Below the pieces are notes generated by a model. That model made no database searches. It was given only the letters and a program-made list of their open reading frames with translations, and had not been told where the DNA came from. A program made the position numbers and the translations under genes. A stretch of DNA of 64,000 nt, from NCBI GenBank assembly GCA_024704765.1, contig JAKMXF010000111.1:574619-638618 (forward strand), written 5' to 3'. Shown here in pieces: positions 11,619 through 23,600 of the stretch. Within the stretch, counting starts at the first letter, position 1; each line of letters starts with the position of its first letter. The stretch is from Oopsacas minuta. Its lineage: Eukaryota; Animalia; Porifera.

Positions 11619-14600
11619 ATGAATATCCAACGTGTAATCGCCTCCCTGATGCTAAGCCTTATATTTATATTTTCAATTTTGCAAGAGATGCTTGCAAGTC
11701 ACATAGACCTTGCTGGGTACACACAAATTCCTTCTTCAACGAATATTATCGCTACATCTACAAGCTCTATAAGTGAGATATCGTGTTTCTCTCCACAGAA
11801 CCAAATCTATAGGAATATTCTACATGATCCAGTTAGTTAAAATTCCCAACAAATAACTAAACAATTACAATTCTGTTCTATCTATAGCCTCCGTCAGCTG
11901 TACTACGAGATAACGATTTTGTTATTTCTATAAGGATCAATCCTTCCTTGTCAGAACGAAGGTATTTCCAGAATTATTTGTTACAAAAATTACCAATTTT
12001 TATAAATATTTTCTTTTGCAGATATTTGTTGCTATACATCGATCAACCGAGTATGGAAGTATTCTTTAGCTTTTACGTTAATCCTGGGTCCTTTGAAGCA
12101 GGGATTACTTACAAGACATGCAGCGGGGAGACTAATACGATCCCTATCTTCAATTCAGGGATACGAATATTCACTGATATATTCCTAGCTATATCTGTAT
12201 CTATGGTTAACTCTACTCATCTTCTTATAACTTCATTAATAGGAGAAAACAATGAGGCTTCTGAAGAGGTTGTTAGTGGGTCTATGGAATGCTCATTCCC
12301 TCTGGACAAGAAATATATTGCAAACGCTATTCCCAGCACAGAAGGTATTCTTAGATTCCTTGGGCAGAGTATGAATCTTCTTTTGGTTGGAAAATCTCTT
12401 ACTTCAGAGGAATTAATATTGTTAAAGGAAAGAGGAGATCTGAATGGAGATATTACTTACTCAAATTCGGATTGTTTATGTCCTAAAGATTATGATATAT
12501 TAACCGAAGAGTGTTGCTATAACTCACAAAATAATATCACATCAATTAGGTTAGAATTATTTTATACTGTATGGACTATGGATTAGTTATACGCACATTT
12601 TATTTGTAGGATAACCTCAGATGATTACAACCCTGAATCAGCTATTGATGACAACCCGTGCACTTATTGGCAGTCCGCCTCAGATGAAGAGAACGTAAAC
12701 CTCTCCATCTCTCTCTTTCCTATTGTTCCTGAAATACAGCTGATAAGAATTCAGTTTGAATCTCCTCCTTCTAAGCTCACTCTAACAGTGAAATCATTAG
12801 AAAATATCTCTATTGTAGCCTATGTAGACGATAATTGTGATACTTATAGCTCAATTTACATATGTAAGAGGTTAGTATCTTATTCGTATATTAAGGAGTC
12901 ATACTTGGTATGCGTATTGACTCAATAAATAATCGTTATACAGTTAACACCGGTAACTCGAACCCTCGGGAAAATCTAAATCTGTTCGAGTAATTACCGG
13001 GCATTCTAGTTACGGATATTGACTGTATTTCTAAATAGGTATCTGGCTGATTTTGATGATATTCCTTGCTGTGTTACTACCAGTCAGCTGATCGATAATC
13101 CTCTATTAGAAATCCTGGTAAGAAATATTAATATTAATACAGGAATACAAATATTTATTTACTAAATTACAGTTCTCTAGCGTTACTCCCTTACAGAATA
13201 TATCTTCTGTCATCTTATCTCTTACAGAATTCTCTCCAAATTCTCGTTACTATTCTATTTCTAATTTTAACCTCTACGCTATATCTGAGGTGGATATTAT
13301 AAATATCAATTCTTCTACAATAAGTACTATGGGATATACTCAGACATATATACCAACCAAGAGTCCTATATCTTCACAAATGTTCACACCTTTTGTTTCT
13401 ATCCCTAAATCATATTTGACATTTCAAACATCTATTCCTGTTCATCCTACAAACTCTACAAGTATTACAAGAATGACTAGCAAGCAGACTAAAGTAATAT
13501 CAAAAACTAGTCAATTCATGACATCATCATATATCTATACTATTCCTTCTCCACAGACATCAATGTTTACATCTTTATTTACAGCTGTATCTTCTATCAT
13601 GCAATCTATATCTCCTTATTCATCTTCATTACATACTAGAATAACAGATACTCAAACAACCACCTTACATCAAACAGAATCCATTATTCCTACATCTACT
13701 AAACCCTTTTATAATTATAGTACATCTAGCTCTCTATTCTCTTCCTTGATGCAAACTTCTATTGGTGATAGTATGACGTCATCTCCTCTTATTTCATCTA
13801 CAAGTATACCTGCATCCACATCTACAGTTTTGCATACATCTTCGTCGACAACTATGCCTACTTATACAATATTATCTACTACATCTACTGTATCACCATC
13901 TACTACCCCTACAAGCATACCTACTACTTCTACTTCTACTTCTACAATATTATCTACTTCTACTTCTACTTCTACAATATTACCAACTTCTACTTCTACT
14001 TCTACAATATTATCTACTTCTACTTCTACTTCTACAATATTACCAACTTCTACTTCTACTTCTACAATATTACCAACTTCTACTTCTACTTCTACAATAT
14101 TACCAACTTCTACTTCTACTTCTACAATATTACCAACTTCTACTTCTACTTCTACAATATTACCAACTTCTACTTCTACTTCTACAATATTACCAACTTC
14201 TACTTCCACAGTATTACCTACATCTATGCCTACACCTCCCCCTACTCCTATTCTACCATGCACCAAGCCTATACCTACGTCACATATAGATATAACTGTA
14301 CCTGATAGTATTGGGTATAAGCAGTATCATTTCATTAATAATTCTATTGATGATAGCCAAATCTTAATTATACAAACTCGTATGGATAGTAACAACATTT
14401 CAGTAGATATACCCTTTGGTTTAACGAAGATATTACAGGTGACGTTTTCACTCCATCCTGTTTCAATACTGGATTACTTTATCCATTCTAGCACTATCTG
14501 GTATCAAGATAATTATCTACGAGTATCTATAACGGGATTAGATGAGTATAATACATTTAATGTGAGAGATACAAACATTAGTGTATCTCTTTTACACGAG

Positions 14601-17600
14601 GATATATTATTTTCTCAAAATATTATTCTATCAGGTTCTTATAATCATAAAATGATAATGTTCACGTTACCAGATGTCTGGTTTACTAATTCAACTCAAA
14701 TAATATCACCTTCCCTTCTGGCTACATCTGTATATACTGTCCTAATCAACACTACACTATCTCTATTGTTACCGAGACTTCCTCCTAGCTTACAGGTACC
14801 AACAGAACACCGCCCTGTCGTTATAATTACTCTCCCACAATACCCTCTCTCTGCAGGTGATACAGCTATATTACCTGTATATCTACTCGCTAATATAGGA
14901 GCTAGATACATAGCTATTGAGTTTAATTACCCTTTAAACTCATCTCTTATTAATCTCGATCCTTCATACAAATGGGAGTTCACTTATGACCTCAACAAGG
15001 TTGTTATCAGTGGATTTGTTGATGTCCCTCTAGGATATACAGCTGCTTATAAATTGTTTGATATAACTATTTTATTACTCAGCAGAGATAGTCAAGTATC
15101 TTGTCAATTGAAGCAGGTATTTGACACTACATACACATCACTCGTGACTACAGATTTACCTATTTGTTATTTCTCTGGACTCTATGGGGTAGTTGAATCA
15201 CCTGGTTACCTTAACATATCTGATGATAGTGCTATTAGCATATCTGCATACCCCCAATACTCAGTACTATACAATCATGCAGTGTTATCTCAATCTGTGA
15301 TAAATATCCCTGTATATACATATATCTATACTATCAATGGTGTTAGCACTGATTACAGTCTACTGAATTGTTATTCTAGCGATGTTTCTATAGCTAAGAT
15401 ATCTCAGGATTGTACTCATCTGTATGTAGATGGAAGCGAGCTAAAAGGATCGAATAACTTGACTATACATTTTGGTTATGAAGATTTGAATACTGAGTTC
15501 TATGTAAAAGTATTCTATCCAGATATTCCTATTACATTGAGGCTTACAGATCCGATATTGAATATTATACCGGTGTATCCTTACAGATACGATTGTACTT
15601 CTAAGTTCCAAACCAGCAAATTACTAGTTTATACAAACTTCTCTTCTTCTAATGAAATTACTCCAAATATAGATATCAGTCAGTATATTGGCAGCTCCCT
15701 ATATGTAAGCCATACAAATATAGCTGTATTAGATGATATGTATTTAGAAGGTATATCTGCTGGATATGGGAAGGTTTATGTGGAGATTAGTAATACGAAA
15801 ATTGGCTTTACAAATTTCGTTGTGTCGATGGAACCTGTTGAGCTGTCTTGCTATTCTCCTCGTATATACTCTGATAATATTGATTACAATACAAACACAC
15901 TATACACGAGTTTGTACCAGTCTATGAGCTTTGATTTGATACTGTCAAGGACTTTTCTATTCAATTCTACCATAGGATATTCTAGTGTAGTCCTACAGTT
16001 CTCTGATAGCAATACACAGCCTGTATCCTCCTACAATATCAATGCAACAAATAGTGTTAAATATACAAGTAACACATATACTCTCTTGGATAATTCTATG
16101 ATTACATTCAATCTTCCAAATAGCTGTCCCTCTCTCTCCTCTCTCCCTTTCATTACTCAAATAAATCTTAGTACTCCAGATGATTTCTACATATGCATTT
16201 CTTCACGAATACTAACAACAGAAGGTGATATTGCTTCTAGATTCGGCTATAACACATTTGCTGTATTGAGAATATTGTTAGTATATAATTCTCAATTAGT
16301 AGAAGCTACTGGTGCTGGGTTTATAGATATTAGCATAATAAATCCTAATATTATTAACCTGGTTATGTCAGATAATGGAGCAGTGCTGTATAGTCAAATA
16401 TCTTCTGGTCAAACCGAAGTTATGATTTCATTAACTCAACCTGCTTTAACCAAATCAGTTATGATACAAGTTGTATCTGCTACAGGAGTACAGAGCTCTC
16501 TATTCTCTCCTTCCTCTCTAAAGCCCATTTATACTCTCTCTAAATTAACAGCTGATACATTCCAAACTGGGTATTTTGAAGTTGAGTTAGTTCTCTATAA
16601 CTCTCTGACTATTCTTATCACAAATACTTCTGAACTACTTCTTGAGGTAAGAGAATTCTCTGAGTATATAGATACACAAGCCCCTATATCAGATAAAGCA
16701 TATTTCATAGACAATATACTGCATGTTAACGCTAGTGCTGTTACAAGAGATACTACGGTTGTATTATCAGCTGTCTATGACACGTTCACTACTAGTTTTG
16801 TAGTCTCTATTTCAACTAATATTTTGTTTATTTCTAATTTCTCAGAATTTGAATTTATTCCAAACTTGACAGGTGTCCTGGCTAGTCAGTTCTCTGTAGA
16901 CTTTGGTATAATACTCAGTGACGGGACCGAAATAGTGCGGTACTTTGATAACGGTCTCATATTCCCTGATCTCCGTTTTGAGGTATCGGATCCCACTTCA
17001 ATATTCTTCTCCCCCACAACAGGTCTAATAACATTAATCGGTAATTCTAAGGATATTGTATATCTTAAAGTAAGCAGTGATAACGTGTCTAGAATTTCTA
17101 ATGGATTTGCAGTCAACCTATCTCCGTCCGGAAATGGTATTGATCTAGGGAATGAAGACGGTTTAGCTCTCCCTCCTCAGCAAATAAATTCTACATTTAA
17201 AATTCCGATATGGTTACAAACAAGTTCAGATTACAAATCAATAGATATATCACTATCCTATGAAGCTAGTGTATTATCTCTAGTTAGAATATTACCAGAC
17301 TCCTCTTTTAACGGTGGAATATTCCTCTCTCAACACGAGACCCTAGGAGCTATAAGGCTAGGCGGTATATTACCTTTAGAAATAGCAAGAGATAGAATTC
17401 TTATCGCAGAGATCGAGATGTTAGCAATACAATCTAGAGACGCTAATATTCATGCTGAAGTTATCACACTATCTGGTCCATTTCCTCTCTATTCCAATCT
17501 CCTTAACTTTACTCACCCTGTGGTTACTAATCTAACCCAGGTAGTGTATTCTAAGAATAAATTAATTCCGAATATTCCATTCTCCACAAGTAGATTCCGT

Positions 17601-20600
17601 AATGAGAGGAGTGTAATCTGTTTAGAAAAGACTGTCACATCCTCTGGTAGAAATATTTGTATTAAATGTAGTATAGAAGTTATAGGAGATATTAATAGTG
17701 ATTGTAAGTTCAATCTTAATGATGTAGTTTACTTACTGGACTATGTAACAGCATCTTATACGGAGTTCAGCTCTGTTTCAGGACTTCTAATTAAGGAAGA
17801 GTTTGACTCTCTCCCTCTCCCACGGTCTGATATAAACCAAGATGGAGAGATCTCTATTACAGACGTGTACTATCTAATGTGGGTTAATTACGGACTATTC
17901 TACTTCTTAGAGTCTGTAGATACTTCTCTCGTCTTTCCTACAAACGCATTACCTTCTGTATACAACTGTGAATTATTTGTGAAAATTAACCTAGTTAACC
18001 CCCCTCTATCAAACAATCAATTCCACACATACATAGAGCTATCTCATTCTAATACAGTAAGGCTACTCAACATAACACAAGGTGATTATGTCTCCAATAT
18101 AAGTAGAGATGATATTTATAGTGATATTTATAAAGCATCTAGTTTTATAATAAGAAGAATTATACCATCAGTGTTCAGCGGACAGATTGGTATATCTCCT
18201 ATACTAATAGCTACAGATGGAGCTAATAATTTCCAGCAGATATTCATTGATAGATCTCCTCCCACACTAAACTACCCTGAGCTAAGAACTACTATTCCTT
18301 TCTTGTCCTCACAAGTATCTTTATACATACCGGAAGGGTACTCCCCCTACACAAGCTACACCCCCCCTCAGGTCTGTGGGGGACAGTTTGTATATCTTAG
18401 AGTTTTGGGAGAGATGCAGGCTAGCGAATTCACGATATACTGGCCTCAGACTGGAGGAATTGGTCCATTCTCTTTGAAGAGAGTATTTTGTTCTATGATA
18501 GGTCGTGAGACCAATAACATACACATCCCTTGTAACCGACAAATAACAACAAATACTGATATCATATTTCCAGAGTATAAAGTTACAGGTCTTAACCCGT
18601 ACTCTCTTTATCAATTCCAGATGGAAGTCAATGGTAGGACTTCTCAATGGACACAGTTCTTAACACCAGAAGCAGGTGAGTATACGTACACACAATTATA
18701 TTATTTATATATAACTAATTCTGTTAACAATCACTGTAATGTCTCATAAACTATAGCTATAGTATTTGAATACAGCCCATCGGCTTCTCACTCACACTGA
18801 TAATATTCCCTGATGCATTGATAGCGATACCAGCTGGTTTAAGGAAATTGATTGTTTCTCGATTTCCCAGTTTATAGAGTAGTTTCCCTTCTTGATTGAA
18901 TATACAAATCAGGTTACTGTCTTTATCGCTTATTAGCAGATTCCCATACACATCTATGGTGAAGAACCAACTGCACAGTACGTCTCTTTTCAGACCTTGA
19001 GTGATAAGATGTATTTTGATTCTGGATGTAATTTTATCGAACATTTGTATGCAAGGATCATTCTCATCTAATATGTACACAGTCTCAAGACAAACTTTAA
19101 TGTCCCTCGGCTGGTAGATAAGTCTGTCTGTAAATATCCCTTTAAACACGAGATTATGTGAGAATACTTGAATTCTATTATTCAGTCTATCACATACATA
19201 AAGCTCTTTCTTCCTCGAATCAAAATCCAGTCCTGTCGGGTCGATGAACTCTCCCTCCTTATTGCCATACCTTACTATCCCATCACAATATTTGCCTTGC
19301 ATATCAAACATTTTCACAGCTGCATGCTTACTACTTGTCCTACTCTCTGTCACATATATGTTGTTACCATGGCAACAGAGCCCCCACGGGCCATCCATGT
19401 TGTTAACTAGGCCCATCATCCCTGGATGCTGGAAACTGAACTTCAGTTTACCCCATTGGGTATACGCTGATACTCTATTATTGTTATAGTCTGCTACAAA
19501 GAAACTGTTATCTTGGCAGACGGCTACACCAGCTGGATTGCTCAGCTGATCGATCTCTGACCCCACTGAGTAACTCTCTACCTTAGGATACTTTATAGCT
19601 TTATAAGAACTAATGTCCTCATTCATAGCATTGCTATCCTCTTTATGTATTTCTTCCTTATCTTCTACCGGCTCGTCTTTGTCAAGTTTCTTGTTAACTT
19701 CTATATTGCCTAGTTTTGCTATTTTCCCTTCAAGCTGGCCATCCCATCTGAATCTCACGGTCTTCTCGTGATTAAGGTTCCCTAAGTAATCTATCTCTCT
19801 CTGTATCCCGGTAAGCACCCTTGTCTGTACCTCATTCAACCGATTATCGTTCCTAGACCCACTCTCATAGGTAGACATTACTGACCTCAACTTTGCGAGT
19901 TCGTTTCCCCGAACATCTTCAAGTTCAATATACTCCCTCTCCAAGTCATGAATCTCATCTTGCAGTTTAGATTTATGTGAATTGATAGATTGTATTAAAT
20001 TCTCGTATTTATCGTCTACTTGTGTTAAAGTAAACTTCAACAGATCCAGATAGTCCGAATTTCCCTGAAGAATTTCTTTTTCTGCCATTCTAGCAATTAT
20101 AAAGTATTTTGAAAGTAGTTTATGATATACCTATAAGTTTATTATGTTTGTCATATTAATTGCAAAATTAATCATAACTTAGCCTATTTACTGCTCTTAT
20201 ATACACATTTTATTTACAGCTCCTGTGTCTCTCCTCTCACCCTTACTCACAAGATACAACATAACCTGTACTCATCTCACTTGGGAGGAACCTGAAATAA
20301 CCAATGGTGTAATTACAAGTTATTCTCTAATTCTGAATAACACAATTAAACAAGAGTTTGATAACAAGACAAGAGCCTATCTACTGTGTGTAGCTGATAA
20401 GGACCATGAATATATTATCGTAATACAAGCTAACAACAGGTAAATATCAATAATTAATATTATTATTATTATTTATTACATTTAACAAATTTGATAAAAC
20501 AGGGAGAATAATTTTATTTTATTAAACCGCATTAATCGTGTACAACCAGGAGTTTATCAAAACCTACACTCCTGTCTCTGTTCAGTACACTGACTAACTC

Positions 20601-23600
20601 ATGGTTAAGAGATCTAAGAAATTCTGTAACACGATGTTCCTTCTCTCTCAACCTTAATATATCGTATATGTATTGAAGAGTATTCATTTTTGCTTCATCA
20701 AAGTCTGCCTCTGAATCTTGATATAAACTTAAATTACTAGCTTTGAAGTTCTGAGTATTCTCTTCAGGATTGTAGCAAATAGAACGTACTATCCTCCTGC
20801 TATGGACTATCCTGTAATACTTATTCAAGCTGAAACCATCAATATTCCCATCTCCCACTCTTTCCTGTGATAAGCTTAGTTGAGTTATGTCCCCTTGCTT
20901 AATCAGATCCTTAGAAATCTCTTTAGCTATTGGTTCCCATCCGTATTGTGCTCCTTTCCACTCCCTTGGTATTGTGTCTGCTCTTAATGCCATTAACGCA
21001 GTTATCAGCTCTTTGCCAGTAAAACTCTTACGCACGCAACTGAGCTTAACATCTAGAAATGATATTATTTCAGGACGTGAGAGCCCTGTATGTGCTGTCA
21101 GCGTATTTTCCATATCAAGAGATGGGTTCTCATTATCTAAACTTGTATTACTAAACTCTATCTGATAACCTCCACTGCATTCTCCCTTCAATACTTTGAA
21201 TAGTTTCAACAGTGCGACAGACTCCAGTAAATGGAAGTGCAGTAGATAGCTGAAGAACTCAGAAGTATCCATGAGCAGATGTGAATCTAATCCCCCTTGA
21301 TCTGGAGAGCATTTAAAGAAGTTTATCAGACACGATAATACATGTAGATAAAGTTCTGTAATCGCTCTGGCTCTCTGAGTTGAGTTAATACGTTTTAAAA
21401 TGATCTTAGCTTTATTCTCCAAGCCTCTAATAATGTTATACCATATCCTCTGTAGCGAATACCTGAATACATCTGGGTATAGATATCTACCAAGAAAATT
21501 CAGACAATCTCCTAAGTAATTCAGTGCTGGGGCTAGCCGCTGCTTCTCGTTAAATTCAGGAAGATTTAGTTCTATCAGGACAGAGAAGAATTGTAGGAAA
21601 CCACTGTTTATTTTATATGCTAGGACGTTTACTTCCAATTTCAGAGCTTTCTCTAGCTTAATCTGTGTTTGTGCAGCTGTATTTGCATCTATCTCATTCT
21701 CACTCTCATTTGAGAAAGAGTATATCTGATCCTCCCCCTCGCCAAGGGACCTGTTCCCTGTCAGAGGAGTCTGCATATCCGTGGTGCTTGTACTCCAGAA
21801 GTAAGCGCTTTGAGGAACAATATTCTGAGTACTCATTTTCTCGAGTAGCCGGGAGTTCAACTCCTCCCACATAGTAGTTATAACATAGAGGTTATTGATA
21901 CGTAGAGCCATTTCTTTTGATAGCTTTTCTATCGTCTGATCACCTGTATGTCTCTTCCCAGTAGCACACAAGTGTGAATAGTCACCTGACTGTATTGTAT
22001 GTCTACAGCCATATGTAAGTTTATCTCTAGTCAGCTGTTCCAACTGCTCTAACAAGTTATCTTTATCACCGTTCATTATTTCTAATGTTTCATCTCTACT
22101 CAATCCACAGTAATCCATGCAAATAAAGTTATAAGCAAATGTAAGGCAAATCTTACTGAGTGTATTGCTAGCTTCTGTGTAGAGTGTTTGTTTCATTTGA
22201 GCGTTGATTGTTCTCGTATAATCCACGAATTTCTTTACTTTCAGAACTTCTAGGGGTAGACCGGCATGAACTATATGTGATCTGTTCCTAATGAATTTTA
22301 AAGGAGATAGTGTTTGTAGGATGTTAATAATAAGAGAAGTGTAACGTGACAGCATAATAAGTACATCGATTAGACTGTTACTAACTGGTAGCTTTCTCCT
22401 GACGTTACCTAGCTGGTTAGAGTTCGGTATGGGACGGGGAATTGTTGTATTATTATTATTATTATTCACAGGAGTATATCCTCCTTCTTCTTGATCTGTA
22501 GAGCTCTCCCGCTTTGAGAATAAGGTCAAGTTTGATGAATTGTGCTTGGACTGTTTAGTGTCTGAGTTCTCACTAGTAGTTGTGTGTTGAGATTGTGAGC
22601 AATTACCTTCATTTATGTCGTAATCTAGAATATTGTTAAAATCACTAGAACTAGGACTCATGTATCTATCTCTCATGCTCGCTTCATCTTCTGTTGTGCT
22701 GGGGTTCGGAGAGAATCCTATTGTCTGATTTCCGTGGACGCTCTGTGGGATCATTGGACCATTGTCACTATCCTCTGAGAGCAAGCGGGGGTTCGGTTGT
22801 GGAAACAAACTTGAGAAAGCAGAATTTGGTGATTTAGCGAATTCTTGTTTCAAAGAGGATATTGGTGTAGCTTTATATTCATTAGTTATTGGATCAGCAA
22901 TTCTAGTTTCCCACTTATCACTCTTTATTATAGATTTGATGAAAAGTGTCATTTCGTTTTGTATTCCGACATTCCATTTCTCAATGAATAACCTCAGAAA
23001 CTCGTTTCTCCAGGCGATTGACTGTTCAGGAAGATAGCTAGTCCACAACACTGTATCATTGTGATCTAAATTAAACATCAATCCCATCATGTTCAGGTCC
23101 CTCTCTTCTGTCATTCTCAATTTCCCAGGCTCTATACTGAAGTTCCTACAGTGTCTCCTACACAGATATTCAATGTCTTGACAGATAAACTTGTAATATT
23201 CCGAGGTAACCAGTTGAGATACATTGAAATAGTTTCTCAGAGGTTCTTGATAATATTCTCTCATCCTCCTTATTTCCAGTGACACGACTGACAGCAGTTT
23301 ATTTACCATTACTGGATTGAGTGTATTGGCAGAACAATCCTCTGAGTTTTCAGGATTTTCCGTATTGTGATCTTTTGCTATTCGTAGCTTCTGATGGCCA
23401 TAAGTCTCTGCTACGAAGCTCTTGAACCATCTGGTTAGCATAGCTTCTACGGAGAGCATATTATTCTTTGACTTAGTTTGTATGTTAGTTAGATTCTGTA
23501 GAGTACCGTGTGTATCCATTACAAGCTCTAACAGTACTATAGCTCCGTTGAGTATACGCTTAATCGCTTTATGATTATTATGCACACAGTTAGCACTAGC

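Noticed and set aside
13862-14266. Minus-strand VEVEVEVGNI repeat ORF; also a possible CRISPR reading of the 30-nt repeats
   Set aside because: Antisense shadow of the coding minisatellite; the units are contiguous, with no unique spacers and no cas genes.
19363-19376. Perfect RFX X-box-like palindrome GTTACCATGGCAAC
   Set aside because: It lies inside the NHL coding sequence (CCHGNN) and is explained by codons; there is no positional support for a regulatory role.
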